Positions 37,032-47,651 of a stretch of DNA of 64,000 nt are shown here, piece by piece. The translations under genes and the position numbers were made by a program. Every line of letters starts with the position of its first letter. Position 1 is the stretch's first letter. The stretch spans positions 4,160,001 to 4,224,000 of the forward strand of contig OZ253580.1 of assembly GCA_965263035.1 (NCBI GenBank), read 5' to 3'. The DNA comes from Acidobacteriota bacterium. Its GTDB lineage: Bacteria > Acidobacteriota > UBA6911 > RPQK01 > JAJDTT01. The notes under the pieces are model-generated. The model was not told the DNA's origin, searched no databases, and saw nothing but the letters and a program-made list of their open reading frames with translations.

Positions 37032-40000
37032 TCATTCCAGTGCCGCCACCGCGGCGCGCAGTTCCGTCAGGTGCGCCGCCCGGATCGGGGTCGTCCCCGC
37101 CGTCGGCGACGCGTCAGTCCAGCGCGGCGCCGCCCGCCCCGCTGCCGTATACGCGGCGCCCAGCGCCTCCCGCAGTTCCAGCAGATGCACGAGCCTGACC
37201 GGCGTCACTCCAGCCATGATCGAGTCGTCGGTGAAACCCCCGGTCACCGTCACCACCACCGTCACCGTGAACGCCTGCGTGGCGCTCAGGCCGCCGGGGT
37301 CGGTCGCCGTCACCTCGATCCTCGCCCTGCCGACACCCACCGCCGTCAGCGTCACGCGGGCGCCCGCCGCCAGCACCGTCACCACGTCGGGCGCCGCCGC
37401 CGACACCGCGTAGGCCAGCCGGTCGCCGTCGGGGTCGACGAACGCCTGCGACACGTCCAGCGTGCCGGGCAGGGTCAGCGCCCGGTCCGGCAGGGTCCCC
37501 GCCGCCGCCGGCGGACGGTTGGCGCCGGCCGGGCGGTCCCGCCACAGCGCCACCGCGGGGCCCGTGGTGTTGAGCACGGCCGCCGCGTCGGCCGGACCGG
37601 TCACGCTCGATCCTTCGCCGTAGGCAACGCCCAGCGGGTCGCCGTTGTAGCTCTGGCGGGGATTCGAGAAACGGGGCAGCCGCGAGCAGCTGGTGTGGGC
37701 GTCCTCGCACTGATTCTCGTAGGCCATTATCGTGCGCCAGCGACTGGACAGCGCGGCCCCCGCCGCAAAAGCGCGCTGGTTCACGTAGCCGTGCGCTGGA
37801 TGCGGCGACACCCCGCCTTCGTTGTGGTGCACCTGGTAACGGTCGTGCGAGAGTCCCATGTTGTGCCCCACCTCATGCGCTAAGACCGCGCCCCCGCAAG
37901 ACTGGCAAGTGAGGCCGAAAGGACCGCCGGCGAGGCCGCCAACGTCACCCTTCTCGAACAGCAGATGCACGAGGTCGGCCCCGGTCCTGTCCCGCAACGT
38001 GTGTACCCCGTCCATATGGCCGTCCGACGGATTCGCGAGACGGTTGATATCCAGGAAGGAGTCGCCCGTCTCGGTGTACTGCACCTGGGACCGTTCGACC
38101 AGCACCAGGCGGTGCTGCACACCGCTCTCCTCAAAGGCCTGGTTGGTCTCGGCGATCATCAGGTCGATCACTGTCTCGATCGCGGCGGTCCCGCCCGCCG
38201 CCGCGCGCGCGGCCGGTGTATAGAAGATGGCGATGTCGATCGTGACATCGGTTCCGACCTCGCATAGCCGCCCCGTGAACTCGATCGTCGCCAACCACTC
38301 CTGCCAAGCAGCAGGCGCGCACGTCCGGGTTACGAAGATGTCCAGCGTCTCGAGAGGTGCGGTCTCCAGACCGGACGGAAGCGGTCCCGAGAGACCCCAG
38401 TTGTAGGACAGGCCAAGCCTCTCGAGATTCACCAGGTTCCCCAGCTCGTCCGGAATCGACCCCGTCAAGTCGTTCCCGCTGAGGTCCAGCCACTCGAGGT
38501 TGACCAGGCGTCCCAATTCGCTCGGGATGGGGCCCGTCAACGCGTTCTCAATGAGGTCCAGCGACTCAAGGTTGACCAGGCTTCCCAGCTCGTCCGGGAT
38601 CGGGCCGGTCACCGCGTTCCCACCGAGGTCCAGGGACACGAGATTCGCAAGGCTTCCCAATTCGTCCGGGATCGGGCCGGTCAGCTCGTTCCCGCCGAGG
38701 AACAGCCACCGGAGGCGGCCCAGGTTCCCCAACCACGCCGGGATCGGGCCGGTCACCGCGTTCCCACCGAGGTCCAGCCACCGGAGGCCGGTCAGGTTCC
38801 CCAACCACGCCGGGATCGGGCCCGTCAACGCGTTGCCCCAGAGGCTCAGCGACCCGAGGTTGACCAGGCTTCCCAGCTCGTCCGGGATCGGGCCGGTCAC
38901 CGCGTTCCCACCGAGGTCCAGGTACTCGAGATTCGCAAGGCTTCCCAATTCGCTCGGGATGGGGCCGGTCAGCTCGTTCCTGCCGAGGTGCAGCCACCGG
39001 AGGCCGGTCAGGTTCCCCAACCACGCCGGGATCGGGCCCGTCAACGCGTTTTCGCGGAGCACCAGTTCCGTGACCCGGCCGGCAGGGTCGGTCGTCACCC
39101 CATGCCACTCGCCTAGCGGGGCCGACGTCTTCCAGTTCGTGCGGTTCGTCCAGCTCGCGCCGCCGGTGGAGTCGTAGAACACCTCCAGCACCTCGCGGTC
39201 GCTCTGGGGGCCGGCCGACGCGGCGGTCGTCACCGTCATCGCCTGGGTGGCGTTCAGGCCGTCTGGATCCTGCGCCGTCACCGTCACCCTAGCCGTCCCG
39301 GCTGCCCCGGGCACCAGCCAGACGGTGTCGCCGGATGCGAAAGCCGTGACCGCGCCCTCGTTGCTGGACGCGGCCGCGTAGGTCAACCGATCGTCGTCCG
39401 GGTCGCTGAAGTAGGCTTCCATGGACACGCCGAGGGCCGGCCCCGACTCGGTCAGCACCTGGGGCGGGACCGTGTCGACCGGTTCGGGTGGGCGGTTGCA
39501 CGATTCGCCACGGAAGTCGATGGTCGCCAGCCACTCCTGAAACGCTACATCGGCGGGCGCACACGCCGCCGTGTTGCTGATGTCCAACCGCATGAGCTGC
39601 GACAACTGGGTCAGGCTTTGGGGGAGGCTTCCCGTCAGAGGATTGAACTGGAGGTGCAGCGACTCGAGGTTGACCAGGCGTCCCAATTCGCTCGGGATGG
39701 GACCCGTAAGTTGGTTTCTTCCGAGCCACAGTAAAGTCAGGTTGGAGAGGCTGCCAAGTTCCGGAGGAATCGGGCCCGAAAAGTCGTTGCCGTAAAGATT
39801 CAGGTTCGTCAGCTTGGCCAAGCCGCCAAGTTCCGACGGGATCGGGCCGGACAAATCGTTCGCATTGAAGTCCAGCGTCGTCAGGTTGGCGAGCTTGCCG
39901 AGTTCGGGTGGGATGGAACCCGTGAGGTAGTTGTCGAAAAATTGCACGTACTCCAAGCTGGTCAAGTACGCGAGTTCCGGCGGGATCGGCCCGGAAACGT

Positions 40001-42068
40001 TATTGTTGATCCACTGTTCCCCATCCGAGTAGGACATCGCCAAGCTGACAACACGTCCCTCTTGATTCGTCGTCACGCCGAACCACTCTCCCAGTGGCGC
40101 GTCGGTCAGCCAGTTCTCGTTGTTGGCCCAGTTCGGCCCGTCGGTCGCTTCGTACAGCGCCACGAGCGCCTGCCGCTCCGAAACGGCCACCGTCACCGTC
40201 ACCGATTCCGTCGCCGTCTGCCCGTCCGCACCCCGCACGGTGATCCGGTACGCCGTCGTTCGCGCCGGCGACACCCGCCGCGTCCCCGAGGTCGGCACCT
40301 CGCCGATCCCCGGCGTGATCTCCGCGCTCTCCGCATTCGTTGACGACCACCTCAGCGTCGTGCTCTGCCCCCGGTCGATCGAACTCGGCGACACCGACAG
40401 GGTCACCGATGGCGGGGGCGCCTGGCCCCCACCGTCGATCCCAACCCCGCCCTCGATCTCCACTCCACCGTCGATCCTGACCCCGTCCACGATCCGGATC
40501 AACGGAACCGCCGAGAGCGCCCCCGTCCCCTTGCCGAACCGCAGCCCCAGTGGAGCGAACCCCGATCCGTCCTCCGTCCGCAGCAACAGAAGTCCCCGGA
40601 AGTCCGTCAGGAACTCCGTCTCCACCCCGTCCACGTCGAACCATTCCGAAAGCGTGCGTGCCGACTGCCGGAAATCTCTCCAGGGGATGAACACGTCCTC
40701 CAACGGGTCGCGCCCCGATTCGTCCCGCAGCCGCAACTCGATCCGGGAATCCGGATCCGGCTTGAACACGGCCAACCCGGTCCCCACTTCGCCGGATTCC
40801 TCCACGAACAGGGCGAAATGATTGCCCCGCTCGACCGGCGCCACCCCCACTTCCACGCCGGTTCCGGAGTGTCCGTAGAGCAACGATCCACTCACCCGCG
40901 GCGTCCCGGTCCGCACCTGGATCCAGCCCCGCCGAATCTCCCCCGCTCCGGCGCTTCTCAGGACTCGACTCCCCAGCGATGGGATCTCGAACGCGGCTTC
41001 CGAGTCGAACAGGTCCGGAACCGGCCGGCCTTCCTGATCATGGGAGGTCACCACGACCTCCGCCGCGGCGTTCGGATCGACGTTGCTGAGCGCCAACTGC
41101 ACCGACCAGCCGCCTCCCTCTACGTAGTCCGGGAAGAGCAGCGTCCTCTCCCCCGCTTCCTGGGTCCGCTCCCGGATCAACGGCACCGCCGACAGTGCTC
41201 CCGTCCCCTTCCCGAATCGCAGCCCCAGCGGAGCGAACTCCGATTCGTCCTTCGTCCGCAAGAGCAGAAGACCTCGAAAGTCCCGCAGGAATCCTCGGTC
41301 CATCCCGTCCACGTTGAACCATTCTGAAAGCGTGCGCGCCGATTGGTGAAAATCCTCCTCGGGGATGAACGGCCCATCCAACGGGTCGCGTCCCGATTCG
41401 TCCCGAATTCGCAACTCGATCCGGGAATCCGGATCCGGCTTGAACACGGCCAGCCCCGCGCCCACCTCGACGGTTTCCTCCACGTACAGGGCGAACCGGT
41501 CACCCAGCTCGACCGGCGCCACCCCCACCTCCACCCCGCTTTCCGAGTTCCGGTAGGTCAACAGTCCGCTCACGGCGGACGGGCGGGTCCGGACCTCGAT
41601 CCAACCCCGCCGCACTTGTCCCGTTCCGGCACTGCTCAGGACCCGGCTGCCCAGGGGTAGGATCTCAAATGCGGTCTCGGAACCGAACAATTCGGGGACC
41701 GGTTGGCCGTCCTGGTCATAGGCGGTGACGACGACGGACGCCCCTGCCCGGCGGGCCACGTTGCTGAGCACCAACTGCACCGACCATCCGCCCCCATCCA
41801 CGTAATCCGGGAAGTAGAGAATCTTCTCCTCTGTCACGAGTGTTGCCACACCACTTGAGAGCACGCCGATCCCGACGCCCGTGCCGTCGACACCGCGACT
41901 CCGGCGCAGCGCTGCGGCTTGCCGGTCGGCCCGCTTCTGTATTCCACCTCCAGCGGCGACCGCCGGCTGCTCGGCCCGGATCGGCTCGATCAACAGAGAG
42001 ATCGCCGCCAACACCCCGAATACACCAAGGGCCCATGACGGGTTTCCTGACCAGCGTGGCTGCCTCAT
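37032..42068 (-). CDS. Large modular secreted protein: S8 relic, two ~220-aa repeat domains, Ig/PKD-like domain, two plant-type LRR blocks, cadherin/Ig-like domains and M12 (reprolysin-like) metallopeptidase
   Basis: Signal peptide, the [14 protein letters not shown] domain twice, LRR caps ([14 protein letters not shown]), 24-aa LxGPIPxELGxL repeats, and [11 protein letters not shown] with the TIM Met-turn. Confidence 0.88.
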   Translation of the reverse strand: MRQPRWSGNPSWALGVFGVLAAISLLIEPIRAEQPAVAAGGGIQKRADRQAAALRRSRGVDGTGVGIGVLSSGVATLVTEEKILYFPDYVDGGGWSVQLVLSNVARRAGASVVVTAYDQDGQPVPELFGSETAFEILPLGSRVLSSAGTGQVRRGWIEVRTRPSAVSGLLTYRNSESGVEVGVAPVELGDRFALYVEETVEVGAGLAVFKPDPDSRIELRIRDESGRDPLDGPFIPEEDFHQSARTLSEWFNVDGMDRGFLRDFRGLLLLRTKDESEFAPLGLRFGKGTGALSAVPLIRERTQEAGERTLLFPDYVEGGGWSVQLALSNVDPNAAAEVVVTSHDQEGRPVPDLFDSEAAFEIPSLGSRVLRSAGAGEIRRGWIQVRTGTPRVSGSLLYGHSGTGVEVGVAPVERGNHFALFVEESGEVGTGLAVFKPDPDSRIELRLRDESGRDPLEDVFIPWRDFRQSARTLSEWFDVDGVETEFLTDFRGLLLLRTEDGSGFAPLGLRFGKGTGALSAVPLIRIVDGVRIDGGVEIEGGVGIDGGGQAPPPSVTLSVSPSSIDRGQSTTLRWSSTNAESAEITPGIGEVPTSGTRRVSPARTTAYRITVRGADGQTATESVTVTVAVSERQALVALYEATDGPNWANNENWLTDAPLGEWFGVTTNQEGRVVSLAMSYSDGEQWINNNVSGPIPPELAYLTSLEYVQFFDNYLTGSIPPELGKLANLTTLDFNANDLSGPIPSELGGLAKLTNLNLYGNDFSGPIPPELGSLSNLTLLWLGRNQLTGPIPSELGRLVNLESLHLQFNPLTGSLPQSLTQLSQLMRLDISNTAACAPADVAFQEWLATIDFRGESCNRPPEPVDTVPPQVLTESGPALGVSMEAYFSDPDDDRLTYAAASSNEGAVTAFASGDTVWLVPGAAGTARVTVTAQDPDGLNATQAMTVTTAASAGPQSDREVLEVFYDSTGGASWTNRTNWKTSAPLGEWHGVTTDPAGRVTELVLRENALTGPIPAWLGNLTGLRWLHLGRNELTGPIPSELGSLANLEYLDLGGNAVTGPIPDELGSLVNLGSLSLWGNALTGPIPAWLGNLTGLRWLDLGGNAVTGPIPAWLGNLGRLRWLFLGGNELTGPIPDELGSLANLVSLDLGGNAVTGPIPDELGSLVNLESLDLIENALTGPIPSELGRLVNLEWLDLSGNDLTGSIPDELGNLVNLERLGLSYNWGLSGPLPSGLETAPLETLDIFVTRTCAPAAWQEWLATIEFTGRLCEVGTDVTIDIAIFYTPAARAAAGGTAAIETVIDLMIAETNQAFEESGVQHRLVLVERSQVQYTETGDSFLDINRLANPSDGHMDGVHTLRDRTGADLVHLLFEKGDVGGLAGGPFGLTCQSCGGAVLAHEVGHNMGLSHDRYQVHHNEGGVSPHPAHGYVNQRAFAAGAALSSRWRTIMAYENQCEDAHTSCSRLPRFSNPRQSYNGDPLGVAYGEGSSVTGPADAAAVLNTTGPAVALWRDRPAGANRPPAAAGTLPDRALTLPGTLDVSQAFVDPDGDRLAYAVSAAAPDVVTVLAAGARVTLTAVGVGRARIEVTATDPGGLSATQAFTVTVVVTVTGGFTDDSIMAGVTPVRLVHLLELREALGAAYTAAGRAAPRWTDASPTAGTTPIRAAHLTELRAAVAALE
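38420..39060 (-). repeat. Tandem 72-bp LRR-coding repeats with near-identical DNA units
   Basis: ggttccccaaccacgccgggatcgggcc occurs three times. Other sub-blocks recur at multiples of 72 bp. Confidence 0.85.
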
Positions 42069-42323
42069 AATCCTGGGGTGAGCAAGAATCGGTGTCCTTA
42101 CGGGGACTTCGATAAAGAGCGAGAAGGGATGGTCGCTCTCATCCGTCTATCTTTAGACTCCTGCCAGGCAGGGTGCTCCGAGCTAATGTGCGCTGTTTCT
42201 CGACATGATGAGTTCCGTGCAATAGACAATGTGTCAATTCTAAGGAGCAACCCGGACGAATTTGGAACCAATTCGTGAAGTCCGAGTGATATTTCAGTTG
42301 ATATAGTGATTCTTCAGTGAAAT

Positions 42324-43371
42324 ATGCTACCTGGACCGCTCTCACTGGCGGCTGCAGAGCGCGGCGCACCCGGATCCTCCGTCGAAACGACGCCGGGGGA
42401 CGGCGAACCGGGTCTCGCTCCGGGGTCTGACGAGGTTGGGCCAACGAAGAGTCCCGACGAATTGAGGCGAGAGATCGACGCGCTGCGGGAGCACATCTCC
42501 CGGCTGAGCGCCGCCATCCCGCGCATCAGCGCGACCCTCGACCTCGGCACCGTCCTGCGCGAGGTCGTGGACAGCGCCCGCGCGTTGACCGGCGCCCGCT
42601 ACGGCGTGATTGCGACCCTCGGCGACGCGGGGCAGCCCCGGGAGTTCGTCTCGTCCGGCCTCACTCCGGAAGAACACCAACGGCTGACGAGCTGGTCCGG
42701 CGGGACCCAGCTCTTCGAGCACCTTCGGGGCCTTCGGGGAACGCTGAGACTGCGAGATCTGCCCGATTATTCCACCGCGCTCGGCTATCTCCCGAACCTG
42801 ATGGGGTCGAAGACCATCCAGGGCGCGCCCATGCGTCATCGGGGCATGCAAGTCGGCAACTTCTTTCTCGGCGGGAAGGAGGGAGAGCAAGAGTTCACGA
42901 GCGAGGACGAAGAGGTCCTGGTGTTGTTCGCGTCGCAGGCGGCGACGGCGATCGTCAATGCCCGCTCCCACCGGGACGAGCAGCGGGCCCGGGCCGACTT
43001 GGAGGCGCTGGTCGACACCTCGCCGGTGGGGGTCCTGGTTTTCGATGCCAGGACCGGAAATCCGGTGTCGGTCAATCGGGAGGCCAAGCGGATTGTCGGG
43101 GACCTCTGTGCGCCGGACCGCTCCGCGGAGCAACTGCTGGAGATCATGACGATCCGGCGCGCCGACGGGCGGGAGATTTCCCTCCAGGAGTTCCCCCTGG
43201 CGCAGGCGCTCAGCAGCGCGACGACGGTGCGCGCCGAGGAGATCGTCCTCCAGAGCCCCGATGGCCGGAGGGTCACGACGCTGGTCAACGCCACGCCGAT
43301 CCGTTCCGAGGACGGCGCCGTCGAGTCCGTGGTCGTCACCTTGCAGGACTTGGCGCCGATCGAGGAACTAG
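42324..43371 (+). pseudogene. GAF/PAS sensor protein (probable histidine kinase) truncated by IS1182
   Basis: GAF (LDLGTVLREVVDSARALTGARYG...FTSEDEEVLVLFASQAA) and PAS (LVDTSPVGV...VTLQD) domains. Cut at gaaCTAG by the IS end; start uncertain. Confidence 0.85.
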
Positions 43372-45110
43372 GAGGCTGTCCGAGAACTCGGTATTGAGCG
43401 ACGTTCGTCCATGACAACGCTCATGGGCGATGGTCGTTGGCTTGGAAGACCATCGAATCCCGGCCTCCAAAGCCGGTGAACTCGGGTTTTTGCGCCATTT
43501 CGACTCGAAATGGGCCGATAGAGGCCGGTTTGGGACTTCATCCCCCTTTATCCGCCCTTTTTTCATGCCCAGGCCGCTCGCTTCCCGAACTCCGGACACA
43601 CCTCTCCCCGCAGTGCCGCAAAAATGATTTTCTTGAGGTTGTGCGCCACGCAGACCAGGGAGAACTCCCCCGCCACTTTCTCCTTGCCCCGCAGCCCGAA
43701 TCCCCGAAATCCCGAGTTCTTGATCTGCCCGAACACCGGCTCCACGATCGTCTTGCGACGCGCGTAGATCGCCTGGCTCTCCGGTTGCGACATCCGCTCG
43801 TTCATCGCCCGTCGCAACGGCTCCTTCCCGTCGCTCGTGATCGTGCGCGCCGCCCCCGACTTCGACCGGCAGCAACGACGATAGTAGGCACAGGATCGGC
43901 ACGCCTCGATCTCCCCCTGATACACCCGCTGTCCCGTGCCGCGGGTGGTTTTCAACGTCAGCAGTTGGCCGCCGGGACAGTGAAAGCCGTCCCGCTCTTC
44001 GTCATAGCGAAAGTCCGCCTTCACCAAGTAACGCTTGCTCGCGTCCAGGTCCCCCTTCCCCCGCTTCTCTCCCCGGTCCGTCGCGATGTAGGCTTCCACC
44101 TTCCGATCCGACGTCTCCTGCAGGTTCTTCCCCGAGTAGTACCCGTTGTCCAGACTCAGCTTCTCCGGCAACCGACCGCTCGTCTCCTCCACCTCATCCA
44201 GGGCCTGAGCCATTTCCTGGGCGTCGTTCGCCTGCTGGCTCACGTGCTGCCCCACGATCACCTGCGACTTGCCGTCCACGCTGATCTGTGCGTTGTACGC
44301 GTACTCGAAGTCCCCTTTTTGCTTCATGATCCGCGCCTCGGGGTCCGCAAAGCTGATCTGCTTCTTGTCCTCGATCTTCTGACCCGGTCGAAGCTCCTGC
44401 TCCCGCGCTTCCAGCGCCTGCTTCATCTCCCGGACCTTCTTCAACCGCTGCTTCTTGTCGCGCAGGTCATCGGGCAGCTCATACCCGGTCCGCTCCTGGT
44501 AGACCCGGTCCTCTTCCTCGTCGCAGCGGTCCGCCTGCCGGGTCAAGGCTTCGATCTCCTCGCACAATTCCTGCTCCTTCTCCTTCAGCCGTCCGTAGCT
44601 CATCGCCTTGTGCTTCGAGCTGTTCGCCTTGAACTTGGACCCGTCCAGGCTCACGTGTCCCAAACTCACCAGCCCCAGCCCCAGCGCCAGCGCCAACTGC
44701 ACCGTCTGTTTGAAGCAGGCCCGGAAGAACCCTCCGTGGTCCTTCCGGAAATCACTCAACACCCGGAAGTTCGGGCAGTTCCTCCCCGCCAGGTACATGA
44801 AGCCGAGATCTTCCCGGCAGCGCTGCTCGATCTGCCGCGAGCTGAACACGCCGTGACTGTAGGCGTAGATCAGGATCGAAACGATCTGGCGCGGCGCGTA
44901 GGCCCGCTGACCCCGGTGGCTGTACCGGGCCTCCACTTCCGACGTGTCCAGTTGCTCGAACAGTTCCTGATAGAGGAAACATTCGTGATCCTCCGGCAAG
45001 AGGTCGAACAGGTTGGTCGCAAACAACCGACTCTGGCAATAGTCCTTGCGATAGGGCTTGAATCGGGGGGCCATCCGACATTCTCCTGATGATCTGTTCC
45101 CCTTATTTTA
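43372..45110 (-). mobile_element. IS1182-family element, copy 2 (full transposase, left end lost)
   Basis: CTAG plus IR gaggctgtccgagaa at 43368-43386. It matches copy 1 up to ttatttta (45103-45110), and the final 37 bp seen in copy 1 are absent. Confidence 0.9.
43563..45074 (-). CDS. IS1182-family transposase
   Basis: SSRQIE, PNFRVLSDFR, LDGSKFKANSS, DPEARIM, YNAQI, DNGY, CPGG and VEPVFGQIK. Confidence 0.95.
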   Translation of the reverse strand: MAPRFKPYRKDYCQSRLFATNLFDLLPEDHECFLYQELFEQLDTSEVEARYSHRGQRAYAPRQIVSILIYAYSHGVFSSRQIEQRCREDLGFMYLAGRNCPNFRVLSDFRKDHGGFFRACFKQTVQLALALGLGLVSLGHVSLDGSKFKANSSKHKAMSYGRLKEKEQELCEEIEALTRQADRCDEEEDRVYQERTGYELPDDLRDKKQRLKKVREMKQALEAREQELRPGQKIEDKKQISFADPEARIMKQKGDFEYAYNAQISVDGKSQVIVGQHVSQQANDAQEMAQALDEVEETSGRLPEKLSLDNGYYSGKNLQETSDRKVEAYIATDRGEKRGKGDLDASKRYLVKADFRYDEERDGFHCPGGQLLTLKTTRGTGQRVYQGEIEACRSCAYYRRCCRSKSGAARTITSDGKEPLRRAMNERMSQPESQAIYARRKTIVEPVFGQIKNSGFRGFGLRGKEKVAGEFSLVCVAHNLKKIIFAALRGEVCPEFGKRAAWA

Positions 45111-45526
45111 GGAGTATCCATGTTGCAAGTGGTGGGTGCTAATCGGTGTTTCCATCCCGTGTCGTTAGTACGTGATCTGTCCGGTCCAAAGGGCACAGGG
45201 TTAGGAGGAGCGTTCTTCCGCCGGAGGTGAGGCGGAGATCGAGCTGGATCCGCCGGGCGCCGTGCAGGGGGCGATGAGTGGACCGATAACTGGATCGAGG
45301 GACCTGAGATCGTCGACGTCAGTCCTCCGGGAGGTCCGGATACGCCCTGGGGAGCGTCGGGTCACCCGAAGGGCCGCAGCGAAGCGGAGGAGCCGGAGGA
45401 GGAACCGGAGGCTTGACCCGACGCTCCCCAGGGCGTATCCGTGCCTTTCGGACCGGACACTTCACGGGCTAACGCCATGGGATAGACGCATCAGCTAGAA
45501 GCCACCACTTGCAACATGGATACTCC
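45111..45526. mobile_element. 416-bp non-coding MITE-like element (family B) with long TIRs and an internal hairpin
   Basis: 86-bp imperfect TIRs (45111-45196 and 45441-45526, outer 25 bp perfect) and a perfect 28-bp internal IR (45337-45364 and 45414-45441). No target duplication on the right. Confidence 0.8.
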
Positions 45527-45527
45527 T

Positions 45528-46715
45528 CTACCACATGGACTTCTTGTCCCCCCACGGGTGACGGAGAAGCTCCTCCTCGCGGAGCTCGGTCCCCCATCCG
45601 GGGCCGGTGGGAATCTTCATGTGGCCGTTGACGACCTCAGGCGCATGGGTCGTCACATCATCCCTCCACGGCACGTCGTCGATGTCGGCCTCCATGATGC
45701 GGACGTTGGGGAGGACTCCGCAGAGGCTGGCGCTCATAAAGGTTGCCAAGTGGCTGTAGTAGTTGTGAGGAGCGATGTTCAATTGGTAGGTCTCCGCCAG
45801 GTCCCCGATCTTCTTGGCCTGGGAGAAGCCGTTCCAGGGCACGTCGACCATGAACACGTCGGCCGCCCGCAACTCGAAGTAGGGGATGAACTCCCGCATG
45901 TAGATCAGGTTCTCCCCGGTGCAGATGGGCGTGGAGGTCGATTCCTTGATGTCCCGAATGGATTGGGGATCGTACATGTCGATCTCCAGCCAGAGCAGGT
46001 TGTAGGGCTCCAAGGCACGGGCGATCCGGCGGCAGGCTTCCGGTTTGAAGTTGAAATTGAGGTCCAGGTTGATGTCCACGTGGGGCCCGACCGCCTCTCG
46101 AAAAGTGGCGATGATGCTCACGATGTGGTCCAGCAACTGAGGGGTGATGGCCTGGTCCGTCGTGCCGGGACCCCGAGCGAATCCGGGAAAGTAGGCGAAC
46201 GGAGTATCCCCCGGGAAGATGATGTTGGTCTTCAAGGCGGTGTAGCCCTTCGCCACCACCTCACGGCCCAGGGCGCCCACGTCCGACAGCGTCCGGAGCG
46301 GCTCGCACCGAACATGACGGTAGTGCGCGGTCCGGGTGGTTCCGCAATGGGACCAGTAGAGGCGGACCTCTTCCCTCAGGGGACCGCCGAAGAGCTCTAC
46401 GACGGAGATGCCCAGGGCGCGCGCCTTGATGTCCAGGAGCGCCAGCTCGATGCCGGCGATCCCCTTGGCAGCGATGCCCCCCGGACTCTGGCGGGTGCCT
46501 CGGATCATGTCCCAGAACCGCATCTCGAAGGCCCGGGGATCCTGTCCCAAGAGGATCGGCTTCAGGTCGTTGACGACACCCACCACGCCCCACGGATTCT
46601 TGCCGTCGCTGCATTCCCCGCAGCCGGTCACCCCCTCGTCGGTCTCGATCTTGACGAAGACCCAGGGCCTCCAACCGGCGTCTACGACGAAGGTCTTGAT
46701 CTCGGTGATTTTCAT
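45528..46715 (-). CDS. Mandelate racemase/muconate lactonizing enzyme family (galactonate dehydratase-like)
   Basis: WVFVKIETDEGVTGCGE, AGIELALLDIKAR, DLN, WLE, TGE, APHN and PTGPGWG. Confidence 0.9.
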   Translation of the reverse strand: MKITEIKTFVVDAGWRPWVFVKIETDEGVTGCGECSDGKNPWGVVGVVNDLKPILLGQDPRAFEMRFWDMIRGTRQSPGGIAAKGIAGIELALLDIKARALGISVVELFGGPLREEVRLYWSHCGTTRTAHYRHVRCEPLRTLSDVGALGREVVAKGYTALKTNIIFPGDTPFAYFPGFARGPGTTDQAITPQLLDHIVSIIATFREAVGPHVDINLDLNFNFKPEACRRIARALEPYNLLWLEIDMYDPQSIRDIKESTSTPICTGENLIYMREFIPYFELRAADVFMVDVPWNGFSQAKKIGDLAETYQLNIAPHNYYSHLATFMSASLCGVLPNVRIMEADIDDVPWRDDVTTHAPEVVNGHMKIPTGPGWGTELREEELLRHPWGDKKSMW

Positions 46716-46875
46716 GGTGATAGTCCCTCGTTTTTGAAAAGGCCCCGAGAGCGTACGCTTGGGGATGTTTCCCACGCAAGCCTCGCGTGGGCGACTCGGA
46801 CGATGAAAAGAAAAAGGCTGATCGTTCTTTGGTCACACGTCGCCGGCAGCGCCTGTACGATCATATTGACCAACA

Positions 46876-46889
46876 CCCATAAATATGGG
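46876..46889. promoter_or_regulatory. Putative vapBC operator palindrome
   Basis: CCCATA-AA-TATGGG just upstream of the antitoxin ATG. Confidence 0.55.
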
Positions 46890-46902
46890 AATATGGGACT
46901 CA

Positions 46903-47169
46903 ATGAAGACGACCGTGGAACTTCCCGATGCCACCTTCCGCCAAGCCAAGGTCCTGGCCGCCAGCCAGGGCATGACCTTCAAGCAGTTCTTCACCGAAGC
47001 CGTCGAGGAGAGGCTCCGCCGTTACAATCGTGAAGCCGCTGATCGGGAGATAGAACCCCCATGGATGGCTGGTTTCGGCGTCTTAGCCGACCTGTCGCAT
47101 GAAAATCGCCGTATCATGAGGATGATCGAGGAGGAATTCGAGACGCTCGACTCCGAAGACTTGGAATGA
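46903..47169 (+). CDS. VapB-type (RHH) antitoxin
   Basis: MKTTVELPDATFRQAK N-terminus and an acidic tail. ATGA overlap with the PIN gene. Confidence 0.8.
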   Translation: MKTTVELPDATFRQAKVLAASQGMTFKQFFTEAVEERLRRYNREAADREIEPPWMAGFGVLADLSHENRRIMRMIEEEFETLDSEDLE

Positions 47170-47543
47170 TCCTCGATACCAATGCCCTGTCCGCCTGGGT
47201 GGAAGGACACTCGGCGATCGAGACATCGCTTCGATCCGCCCGGCGCCTCATTATTCCCAGCATCGTTCTCGGCGAATACTACTTTGGTATTCGGCAATCG
47301 CATCATCGTGTCCGCTACGAGGACTGGCTTCGCCGATTTCTGCCGCTGACCGAGATCGCCACCGTCACCCATGCGACGGCAGACTTGTACGCCGACATCC
47401 GCTTGGAACTGAGGCGCCTGGGTGCGCCCATTCCGTCCAATGACATCTGGATTGCGGCCCTTGCCCGCCAGCACACACAGCCGGTATTGAGCAACGATGC
47501 CCACTTCGAGCTCGTCAGCGGCATCGTCTGGATCTCCTTTTGA
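47166..47543 (+). CDS. vapC: VapC PIN-domain toxin
   Basis: MILDTNAL, LGEY, PSNDIWIAA and SNDAHF. Confidence 0.92.
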   Translation: MILDTNALSAWVEGHSAIETSLRSARRLIIPSIVLGEYYFGIRQSHHRVRYEDWLRRFLPLTEIATVTHATADLYADIRLELRRLGAPIPSNDIWIAALARQHTQPVLSNDAHFELVSGIVWISF

Positions 47544-47651
47544 GACGGTCCTGCTCCAACAGCACTCATCCTCAGATGGCGTGTCCGCAAGGCGTTTTCA
47601 GACCCGGCCGGGGCGTGCTAATCTGGTTCCCACTCAATTAGGGGAGATCAC

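Noticed and set aside
38420-39060. Regularly spaced repeats as a CRISPR array or DGR template/variable pair
   Set aside because: The 72-bp period is in frame and encodes LRRs. There are no unique spacers, cas genes or reverse transcriptase, and no adenine-specific mismatch pattern was evident.
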